This document shows, in pieces, positions 33,801 through 45,800 of a stretch of 64,000 nt of DNA. The notes beneath the pieces were generated by a model, which ran no database searches, was not told the DNA's origin, and worked only from the letters and a program-made list of their open reading frames with translations. The DNA comes from Leucoraja ocellata. Its lineage: Eukaryota. A program made the position numbers and the translations under genes. Position 1 is the stretch's first letter; each line of letters begins with the position of its first letter. The stretch covers positions 62,001 to 126,000 of the forward strand of contig JAWMAR010000390.1 of NCBI GenBank assembly GCA_036785375.1, read 5' to 3'.

Positions 33801-36800
33801 ACACCAGTCATTGAAAGTAGGCACGCAGGTGCAGCAGGCAGTGAAGAAAGCGAATGGCATGTTAGCATTCATAGCAAAAGGATTTGAGTATAGGAGCAGG
33901 GAGGTTCTACTGCAGTTGTACAGGGCCTTGGTGAGGCCACACCTGGAGTATTGCATCCAGTTCTGGTCTAATCTGAGGAAAGACATTCTTGCCATAGAGG
34001 GAGTACAGAGAAGGTTCACCAGACTGATTCCTGGGATGGCAGGACTTCCATATGAAGAAAGACTGGATAGACTCGGCTTGTACTCGCTAGAATTTAGAAG
34101 ATTGAGGGGGGATCTTATAGAAACATACAAAATTCTTAAGAGGTTGGACAAGCTAGATGCAGGAAAATAGTTCCCTATGTTGGGGAAGTCCAGAATAAGG
34201 GGTCACAGATTAAGGATAAGGGGGAAGTCTTTTAGGACCGAGGTGAGAATTTTTTTCACACAGAATGGTTAATCTGTGGAATTCTCTGCCACAGAAAGTA
34301 GTTAAGAGGGAGTTAGATGTGGCACTTGTGGTTAAAGGGATCAGGGGGTATGGAGAGAAGGCAGGGATGGGATACTGAGTTGTGGCAACAGAAGTGGCGA
34401 CGCTGTTGAACAGCTGCGGCTCGCCTGCAGTTGGTCTGTTTTTACTTTTTTTGTTGTTTTTTGTTGTTTTTGTTTTTTTTGTCTTGTTTCAGTTAAATTT
34501 TAATTTATTAGGTGGTGTTATGTGTGGGGGGGGGGGTAAAACATGGTTTTCTGTCTCTTCGGGGGAATGCGACTTTCTGTAGTATCCCCCCTTCTCTGCC
34601 TCTGTCTGCGCTGAGGCACAATGGCGGAGCTGGCTTCCTCCAACTGCGACTGCCCTCGAGGTTCTGGAAGCAGAGCCAGCCAGGACTTACCAACGCGAGG
34701 CTGGCCAAATTTGGAGCTGTGGGGGCATTCCAACGTTCCGGTGGCGGCGGCACGACTCGGGGCTGAGGCGATTCTCCGGTGGCGGCACGACTCGGGGCTG
34801 AGACGATTCTCCGGTGGCGGCACGACTCGGGGCTGAGACGATTCTCCGGTGGCAGCGGCCCGACTCGGGGCTGAGGCGGTGCTCAGGTGGTGGCGGCACG
34901 ACTCAGGGCTGAGACGGTGCTCCGGTGGTGGCGGCCAACTCGAGGCTGAGGCGGTGCTCAGGTGGTGGCAGCACGACTTGGGGCTGAGGCGGTGCTCTGG
35001 TGGCGGCAGCACGACTTGGGGCTGAGACGGTGCTCCGGTGGCAGCGGCCCGACTCGGGGCTGAGACGATTCTCCGGTGGCGGCCGATTCGAGGCTGAGGC
35101 AGTGCTCTGGTGGCGGCGGCACGACTCGGGATTGAGGCGGTTCTCCGGTGGCTGAGGCGGCATTCCGGCGGCGGCGACCTGAAACCGGGGCTCGGCCGCG
35201 GGCCAGTGGACGACATCATCGGGAGCTTGCAGGTCACAGGTTGGTGACCTGTTTTTACGGAGCTCCCGCGGCAACAGCAGCGTCTGCTGGACTGGAGGGC
35301 GTCATCTTCGGCAGCTTCAACCACCCCGGGCTGCCGAACTTGAACCGGCCCTTTCGCGGAGCTCGGTTGAGCCGCGGGACTGACTTACCATCGCCCGGTG
35401 GGATAACAATATCGGATGCCTGGATCACCTCAGCGCAGAGGGAGAATAAGGAGGGGAAGAGACAGTGACTTTTAAGACTTTTGCCTCCATCACAGTGAGG
35501 AGGTGCCTGGTGGATGGTGAACTCACTGTGGTGGATGTTAATTTGTGTGTTTTGTTGTTTATTATTATATGTATGACTGCAGGCAACAAAATTTTGTTCA
35601 GACCGAAAGGTCTGAATGACAAATAAAATAATCTAATCTAAGTTGGATGATCAGCCATGATCATATTGAATGGCGGTGCAGGCTCGAGGGGCCGAATGGC
35701 CTACTCCTGCACCTATTTTCTATGTTTCCATGACATCAGTTTTGTCTACTGTGCATGAATCTTAATGTTAGTTCATGGGAACTCTGAATAATTTTACTCC
35801 TAGCCTTATTAAAAGTTCATTTTAAATCTCTAGAGATTGGCCTTTCACAACCAAATGTTGCTTTTCTTTGTGCGCTGGGAGGGTAGTTTTTTTTATCTCT
35901 CTTCTCTTCTGGTCATGTGGTCAGCTTTCAAATATGAACTTGATGTAAGTCAGCAGCACGTTTGTCTGAAGCGAGTCATGGCTTCGCTTAATGCCTGTAT
36001 GATAGCTAGTTATATCCAAACACACTTAATCTGTTTGTCCCTCAATTTAATTGATTGTTATTGTTAACCTCTTGTGTTTTTCACTGAATCAAATTGGGTT
36101 GAAAATTCAGCAGCATTACAGCTACTGTTATTAATTGGAAATCTGTTATTTTTATTTATTTATTGTGACAAATGAGATAGTTTTTCAAAATTATCCATTG
36201 AACATTGACTTTGGTTGCAACTGTAACAGTTATTCCATGAGGTGGCTTCTATTGTCAATTAGTTAGAAGGTGGCAATTTTCCCTTTTTGTTTTCCTAACC
36301 TGAGTTTTGGGATTTTAAACGAATACACCCTGTGCAACATTTTGAATGTAACATAGTGTCCCAATGCAGTTCAAGTAATCATTATAGAAATGCCCTCATT
36401 GGGGAGATGACTAAAGGTTAACAGAATTTCTCTTCTAAAGAAAGAAAGGGGTGAATTCCAGATATTGTCTCTGGTATTTGAAAGCACAGCTGTCAGAAGT
36501 GCCACATTTAAATTTGGGGATGAACAATTGAATTTAATTGAGAAGCAGAGATACGTCTGAGGTGTAAGAATGAACTGCAGATGCTGGTTTACACCCAAGA
36601 TAGACACAAAATGTTGGAGTAGCTCGGCGGGTCAGGCAGCATCTCTGGAGAGAAGGAATGGGTGGTGTTTCAGGTTGAGGCCCTTCTTCTGACTGAGTTA
36701 TCCAGAATTTTGTGTCTATCTTAACTACGTTTGGTTTTGGAATGAGAATTGGGCAACTGGACTGAGAACAATAATACATTTAACTGGGAGCTTAGGGTAA

Positions 36801-39800
36801 TGGTTGAATGTATGAAAGTTGAGAAGTGTATTGTAGAGTTTTTGTGCATCCAAAGTTTACAGTGGAACATCTGGGAGTTGACTATGGCAATGACATTTAA
36901 AGCAGTCTAGTTCAGACATTCTGGGCATTTTCCAGGGTGAGGTATGAAGTATGTGGATAGGAAATTTCATGGTGACCAAAGGCTTCCCATTATTTAGCTG
37001 AAATAAATTTCTGCTCATCGGATAGGTAGTCTGATAACTTGGAGAAAGTGAAATGATGGAAAACTACAGTGATTAAGTCAGCATCCCTTTAGAAACTGCC
37101 ATAGTTTAGTGCCTTCATTGCCAATTGTGAGGATAATTGTAACATTAAATCATTTTTGGTACAAATAGTGCTGTTAGATTATATATATTTTCACTGCAAT
37201 GTGTTTTTCAACATGTAGTAAAGACACCTGCATTTAAGATTCAATTTAAGAGGTTTTATGTTCTGCTAATGATATAGAAATAATGGGCATGATAAACCGA
37301 AGAACTGAATGCTCAACGTTTTTTTACTTTTCTCCTGTCATTACTTCATTTAATGTATAAGAACATATTTTGCCTTAAATGTTACTGCACATGCTGGTGG
37401 AGTAGTATCATGACAAATAGTTTTGCACAGATTAGGGTTACAAAATGCTATCTCAGTATGACTGACAGCAACATGAACCCACTTTTAGTATAGCTTGGTT
37501 GTAGTTTGCAGGACAGCTGAGCTTGTGTCTCAGATTCAACTGACATTTGAATTGGGGTGGGAATTGCACGGAAATAAATTGTTGTGATGAAACAAAATAG
37601 CTAGAGGAAGTAACTTTTTTCTGACCACTCAAAAGTTCTGCTTCACAGAAATATCGAAATTAGACGAAACACCCCTAATGTCTTGGTGAATGTTTATCTC
37701 ACCCAACACAGATTTTCTGGTTATTATCACATTGGGTTTTTGAGGTTTCACTGTGCCCAGAATAGGTGCCACACAAAATAAATGAAATATCTTATTGGTT
37801 ACGGTTTCCTTGGGTTGTAAATAGCACTATATGATTGTAATTTCTTTTTGTTTTTTCCTCAAAAAAAATGGGACCAATTGGATGCATTACTTAGGGATGT
37901 ATTGTCAGTATAAATCTGTTCTCGCTTTTATTTTTCTCTTGGTCTGTAGCAGCTTTCCTCAACTTCTGACAAATCACTTATTTCTATATTTGGCTTTTCT
38001 ACGCATATTCATGAAATGATTGATTCCTGATGTTCTTTTAAATTTCTCAACAGTACTTGTTGGTGTAGAGCTGTACAGAAGTTCAGCATGACATTCTACC
38101 ATTTGAGGAATTATAAATTAACTGGACTGTTCAAGTTATTGTGCCACTATGTTGTATGGCATGGTTTGTTTGAACTGCACCTTTTAGATTTTGTGTCTGC
38201 GTTGTGGACATGAAAGATTCTTCAATTTATTTGTCTTATTGCATGCCTTTGGAATATCATTAATTATTAAAAAAAAAAACCCTCTGGATTTTCAGGCAAT
38301 GCTGATCAATAAAGACCATTAGATTTTGGGTTGTTGATTCATTCATGGCGTGTGACAAGACCAGCTTTTTTCCAATGTCTCTAATGGCCATTGAGAGGGA
38401 ATAGCCATTATTTTGATCCTCTAGGAACATGTGGCTCAAGTTATTCTTGTGTATGTGGTGGTAGGGAAGTAGTTCTCCAATTTTAGCTAAGTGACAATGA
38501 AGGAAGTACAGATGATTTGACTCAAATGGTCTGCACTAAGCAGAAAATGGTCCATGTACCTATTGCTTTTTTTAAATTATGGGTGGGAGAGATCATAAAT
38601 TTCATAGAGTCGGCCTCAGAAGTTGGCAATGGGCACATGGGTCAGCTCCGGCTGGGTTGAGGTTCCAGAGACCCAGTCGCGGGGGGTAAATTTGATCGGC
38701 CACGGAAGTCCTGATGATTGGCCTCCTCACCTGACCTGCATTTTCGGCGGGACTACCAGGGGGGGATTTCAAGTAAACTCTGTCCAGATTATAGGAGGTG
38801 CCAGACAACCATGTGGTGGTGAACCTGTACTTCATAAGTGAAATTATTTATTGCTTTGAATCTTTAACTGTCTTTGTTATTTTGAAGCTACATCAAAAAC
38901 AGATTTCATGCCACGTTTACCATTGGATTTTGGTAATTGGTCTCAACGTTGTGCATGGCAAAAGGACCCATGATATGCCTGGTAACTTAGCTGCTTTATT
39001 TAGCTGTTGCTTGGATTAAATCACATCACATGCTTTCACAAGGTGGAATGAAGGGAATGTGAGGTGGGTATGGTCTCGACCAAAAGATCCTAAATATTTT
39101 AGTGAATCTTTGTTTGAGAGATTAAAATGTCATTACTACCTCTGTTTATATTAATGAAATTGTGTTATTTTTATAATCTCCAAATAATGCCAAGTGCAAT
39201 ACTATTTTTTTTTCTAAACTCCATGGGATGGGGATGGAGGATGCGGGATTGAGTGACTTTGAAAATGCTTGGTCATATGGGTTTATGCGTCTCAACTGCT
39301 TCACTGATCTCTTCTTACATGTAACAGTCAAATGTTGCCACAGAAATGTTTTTACTTCAGCTGATGCTATACAGCATTGCCTAAGATGATGCATGGTCGA
39401 GTGAACTTGGCACAAAGTAGGATGATGGAATCCCTGGTGAATTTTGGAAATTGACATTTGACCTATCCAAGCTGCTGCAGATACAACCGTAATTGGTTCT
39501 TTTGTGCCACAAGATGCCTTTGAAAGTCCCGTGCCCACTTCTAGAAATTGGCTGCATGAAAGCAGTGGTTGGGCAAGGGAATATGGGGTCGAGTAGGGAT
39601 GGGAGAAATACCATAATGAAACCTCTGGAGACCAATTAAGATAACTATACTCTCTGACATGCATCAGTGCTATTGAAGGTCAGCTAGAAACTCTATACAT
39701 TTCTGATACAGGTGCACAACCTTTTATCCGAATGCCTTGGGACCAGACACTTGTCGGATTTCGGACATTTTCGGATTTCCGAATGGAAGATTTTTAGCGT

Positions 39801-42800
39801 AGATTAGGTAGGTAGCGCGGGCGGCTTGAAAAGTCTGGAGCGACTGCCTCCTCCCCGGAGACCGGGGAATCATTGTAAATCATTGCATAAATGTTAGTCA
39901 GTTAGTTTGGAGGGATTTTACGTGGTGGTGGGTGGGTGAAGGGGGAAACTTTAATTCTTAGTCCCTTACCTGGTCGGCGACTCCCAACATCGCGGAGCTG
40001 GGGGCTCCGTCCGGCCGCGGGCGGCGCCGGTTGTAGCTCCGACCCCGGCAACTCTACCCCTGGCTGCGAGGCGCTCCAAATCCAGCGCCGCCCGCGGTCG
40101 GACGCCCGCAGCCCCAGCTCCGCGAATGTTGGGGGAAGGCGGCCTCCGCGCCCTGGAGCTTACCGCACAGTGACCCGGTAAGGCATTGCCCGCTTCCCGC
40201 TGGTATCCCAGCGCTGCGACGCCGCCGACTCCCAACATTTGCGGAGCTGGGGTGGGGGGCGTCCGGCCGCGGGCGGCGCTGGATTTGGAGCGCCTCGCAG
40301 CCAGGGGTAGAGTTGCCAGGGTCGGAGCTACAACCGGCGCCGCCCGCAGCCCCAGCTGGGAGTTGGCGGCCACAGCGCTGCGGAGCTTACTGCACGGCGA
40401 CCCGGTAAGGCATTGACCGCTCCCCGTCTCTCCGATCAGGTAGGGGACTAAGAATTAAAGTTTACCCCTTCAACCCCCCCTTCACATAAAAGCCCTCCAA
40501 ACTAACTGACTAACATTTAAGCAATGATTTACAGATGTTTAAGTGTCTCCCCGGTCTCCGGGGAGGAGGCAGCCGCTACAGTAGTACAGACCTGGGTTGA
40601 CCATGGGTCGTTTCGGGTCAAGTTTGGCGCCAAACGCGAGCTTTGGTGTGCAGACGACATCCTGGAAAAAATGGCCGGTTTTCGGAGTTTTTCGGTTTCC
40701 GGAACACCGGATAAAAGCTTGTGCACCTGTAGCAATTTTGCTTGTTTGCTCTTTGCTTTTGTCTTTTGTTTGTTGCTATTTTTTGATAAGAAACAAGTCA
40801 CGGGGCAAGAAAATTAATCAACAATGGCATTTAGAATGGAGGTGAGTTGCCGGGAAGTTGATGGTAACAGTTAAGTTTCCTGCAATTCCCAAGACCAGCT
40901 TTGCTCTTCACTTCATCCAAATCCCAACATCCCATGCCATATCCACATATTCTACCATAGTGTAAATCATGTTTTTCTTCCCCTATGTGTTTGTATTCGC
41001 TTCCTGTCATCTATTTTCTTTTAGAAACAAAAACTGCCCAGTGTGTCTAACTGTAATTAGACCCTCTTGAAGCAGAGGACTTTGTATTATAAACTTAGAA
41101 GTTGAAGACCCTTGTATGTTTCAGTCACGATTCCTCTCACTCTTTATTCTCAAATTCCAGCAGCTTTAAGACTAGCCTAGCTAACCTTGTAAGACAATCT
41201 GCCTGTTCCAGATATGAATTATTCTTAGGCAGACATAAATGCTGGGGTAATTCAGCGGGACAGGCAGCATCTCTGGAGAGAAGGAATGGGTGATGTTTTG
41301 GGTCGCGATCCTTCGACCCTTCTATCAGTTATTCTTGTGTGATCTGCACAAAATTCCTCTTGCCTCTAACCTCATTTGACCTGAACAGGCACTGGATGAT
41401 AACTCGTGCATGGGCAACCAGTATGAGAGGATAAAGTTTGTTTAGCAATAAGAGGGCAGATAGTTTGGGTGGAAGTAATTAAGCTGCTTCCCAAACAAAG
41501 GAAGAGTGAGAGTGTATGCATGGATGGGGAGTTGAAATCACAATCTAGGCTCGATACACAGATTTACGTGTGCAGATTGATTGGAGCGGCTGGCTCTCGG
41601 GAGAAATGTTACACTTCTGTGCCAACATTACTTTGCACCACAGTTTAATTTTAAGCATGTACAAGTGTACTGAAATGTTTGGCGGGTGAAAGAAGAGTAG
41701 ACATGAACACATTTTATTCTAAATACGTTTCCTTCCCTATATGTATTTTATATGCATGCATATCATGTTTTTCAATGTTGTGAAGCCAATGCCTGAGGTG
41801 TATTAAAATCTCTCATTTGACATCCTGCATGTTTAATCATCTGTAAGAAAATATTTGAGAGGCCAAATGGCCTCTGCATTTGGTTTTTCGTCTATTTGAA
41901 AATCTAGTTCAATGCACCTTTCAGTGCTGTAAAGATGTGTCAATAGGAAGTTTTATGCGTGAATATGAAGTTAGAGTTGAACCCATTAAGTACTTTCTGT
42001 GGCAACGTAACACAAACACATGAAACTCTCAGCAGATCGGGCAATATCTGTAGAAAGATAAACTGTTAATGTTTCAGGTTGAAGACCATTTGCCAAAATT
42101 GGGAAAGTAAGAAAATAAGTTAGTTGAAGTTGCAAATTGAATGACAGAGGTAGGAATAGGACAAAGGTAATACATTTAACTTGAGGCCAGGGTTGATATG
42201 GTAATAATAATCTGTGATAAAGCCATCTGGTTGATGAATGAAGGCAGTGGGGAAAACAAAGGGGCACATAAGAGCTGTGCAATACGAGTTTACAGTTTTA
42301 GGAAATGCCCAACAGATCATCAGAGATTATCATCAGAAATAGAAAAACAAAATTATGATTACAGTTCAGTTGTTTAAGAAAGAACTGCAGATGCTAGAAA
42401 AATCAAAGGTAGACAAAAATGCTGGAGAAACTCAGCGGGTGAGGCAGCATCTATGGAGCGAAGGAATAGGTGATGTTTCGGCTCAAGACCCTTCAGTTAT
42501 TACAGTTTGATCAGTCTCTGTTGGTTCTCCATCCCGTGGTTGCTCAGATCTGCTTGGTTCTTGCGAGACCTTATTGGAGCCAGCGGAACAGCACGTCATC
42601 TTCGGTTGGGGAACCTGGAGCATTTCAGACTCACCTTGACATTCAAATATTTTAAGTAGCTAATTTTCTCTGTCTCAAAACTAATCAGTTCAGCTGAAAA
42701 TTAGCCACCTGCAATTACCTTTTTTCCCCCTCCGCAGCAAGTTCCCAAAGCCATGTTTTCCTCCCTTCATGAAACCCTTATTGGAATGTTGGTTGAGGGT

Positions 42801-45800
42801 GGTGATGGTTGTGTGGCTTTCTGTATTTACCTTTTCAGTTTTGTATTTGCCATTTATAAAGCAAAAAACAGTGCTGGAGGAACTCAGCGGAACAGGCAGC
42901 ATCCATAGAGGGAAGTGGACAGATGATGTTTTGGGTTGGAAGAAGGGTTCCATCCCAAAACATTGCCTGTCTCTTTCTCGCCACAGATATTGCCTAACTT
43001 CTGGTTCCTCCAATTCTTTGCTTTCTGCTTAAGAATCCAACATCTTGTGTCTCAATTTGTAGAGGCCTCTTGCTGATAGATTCTTCAAACTCATTTGTTT
43101 TGGTGCATTTGTCATGATTGTACATTCTTGTGCTTTTATCATTCTTGAAATGGTAAATCTAATGGTTAAATATAGGCTTCAGAGAGTGATTTCAATTGTT
43201 TTCCTAGAATATGGGAAGCCAACATCGTGTGGCCTCGCAACTTGTGTAATTTATTTGGAGCCCATGTAATTGCACAGTCCCTGGGGGCTGGGCTGTGAAG
43301 ATGGTGGCATGTGGTGGGAATAGTCTGGCATTATATAAAACTGGCAAGATTCGCAATATATTGTGAATCCATTCAATGCTTTTCTTGCCTTGTCTTTTGC
43401 TCTTGTTTGTCAATATTTCTTTGGTTATATATTTTCTTCAAATATTGATGGTCAAAATTGGAAATAATTCAGTATAACATGATAACTGACCATGGGGGAG
43501 GGGGGGGGTGTATTGTCCGTTGTCGATTATTCACTATAACTGGGTAAGGGGTTATCGTTGTGTAAATAGTAGAAACAAACAACTATGGTTGCTGGTTAAT
43601 ACACAAAAGGACACAGAGCTGAGGTAACTCGGCGGGTCTGGCAGCATCTCTGGAGGACATGGATAGGTGACGTCTCAGGTCCAGACCTTTCTTCTGGCTA
43701 CCTGTCTGGAACTGGACCCGGGATCCTGGTGAGTTGATGGCTGGAGAAGAGACGAGGGTCCGTGCAGTCATTGGTCATGGCCCGTGGGTGACTGGAGTGC
43801 AGGTAAGCGGTGGCGGCAGTAGGGACTGCGGTGACTGCAGCGGCAGGATTGGCCAGAGAGGCAGCACGGGCCAGGATGGTGTTGGCAGTCAGCCTGGCAG
43901 TGAGCTCAGTAGCTCAGCCCAGAGAGACAAAATCCATTATAAAGATGTCTGTTTAAAGCTAGGGTTTGCTGTATTTATATTTAGATTAATGGCCTACTAG
44001 GCACTGAGGAATTTTGCACATTTTTTTACATTTGTCAGTTTGATCCAAAACATTGTCATGAATGATTACTTGAGAAAGACCTTGAATGCATTTCAATTGC
44101 TTTAATTCCATCTTGTGTTCATAATTTGTATGTTATATATTTATTTTTGCAGTGTTTGTTGCAACATGTTTAAGCCTTTCACTGGGAACATTTATCCATT
44201 GCCAAACCCATTAAACCCCAAATGTGACCTGTGATACTTGCATAGTTTTGTGTTCAACAGTTGTCTACTGATTTGAGCTGTGCTTGGGTGTGGAGCATCA
44301 TGTGTTTGCTTATAGGTTCAATAGACGACTTTGCACAGTGGGGGCAGTTGAAAGCATGAGTGTTGATTTATGAGCTGACTTACTGTATTTGTTTTGTTAT
44401 AGTTTTGAGTTTCAAAGAGTACAATTAAAAATACACATACCATATGGAAAGAAACAAGGACATTTTATTTTTAGATGAAATTAAGAGTGGTAGATGAAAC
44501 TATTGCAAGACGGGCTGACAAAATACTGCTGTTAAGCCATGAGCTTTGACATTCTTAACAACTCGTGATACTTGAATGTGGTGACTAACCATGTACATGT
44601 ATTTGTAATCAGGAAATCTTTATAATCAGGAGCAGGGTCTTGACCTGAAACGTCACCAGAGACGCTGCCTGTTGCACTGAGTGTAACAGTTAAAAGCCAT
44701 TATGCTGCATCTTTGTTATGTGTTGATAATAGCAGAGCTGTTGGCTAAACTACATTGAAGGAAAGAGCGAAACTGAGCCAAAATAGCAGATGACTGACTA
44801 TTTCTGCTAGCGCCAGCAAGATTCCATTACCAGATGCATCTTTTTGCCCCTCCAGCATTTGCAACTCCCTTGTCTACTCTTCTTTTGCCATCAATCGCAC
44901 CATATCATAAGCTGGAAGATATAGGTGACGTCCTTAAGGAATTAAGCAAGAGAAGAGAAGAAAAAGAAGAGAAGAGATTGCTATTGCTGCAGCTCTGGCT
45001 AAGACTTTGCTGACCATAAATTAGATACCAGGTGACTGGGGAAAGGCAAATGTGCTTCACCCTCTTCTCTTTACCCCTCCACCCCCTTCTCCCCCCTCCT
45101 TCCATGAGGGCAATGGGGAAACAGCTGGGCAATTGCAGATCTGTGTACCTAATATTGGCTATTGAACAAAAATTGAGGCATACAATTAACGATTACTTGG
45201 TAATGCAGGTACTAATCAAAGATTTGCCTTGTCAAGGGCAGTTCTTCTCTGGCCAATCTGGAGTTTTTGTGGTAACAAAGTGTAATGATGAGGGCAATGC
45301 AGTGGAAGTGGCTACAAATATCTCGGGGCCCATGGGACCCAGGGTAAGTTAACAAATCTCTATAATACTAAAACACTTCCTATTTTTTGTGTTTGTGCCG
45401 ACGATATGTCAATCTGCTTTTCCTATCTTCTTCCAAATGTTAGGCCACAGCCTTCCCATTTTCACATATCCTACTCGCATTTTTCCTGGTGTGGCTATAA
45501 ACATCTTCCCGTCGCACTGCCACCTATTTTTCCGATGATATCAATCCTTTAAATTTTAAAAACAGCCCGGAAACTCACCCATTTCGGGGGAAAAAAAACC
45601 CAAGAGTTTCGTCACAATGCACTCGCAAGGCAGAACGGGGCACTCCACCGCTCACGATGAACAAGGAGTGGTGGTGGCGGATCCTGACCACCTGGTGGCG
45701 AGTAGGGGGCCGCGGGCCCTGGCTGGAACCAAGCCTGGTGCTCACGGTGGAGTAGGAGTTGAGCCCGGGAGACCGGGGCCGAGAAAGAAGCCGCCACTGG

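Noticed and set aside
34518-35324. 268-aa repetitive Pro/Arg/Ala-rich ORF
   Set aside because: Translation of the GC-rich VNTR in a retroposon; several frames are open simply for lack of stops.
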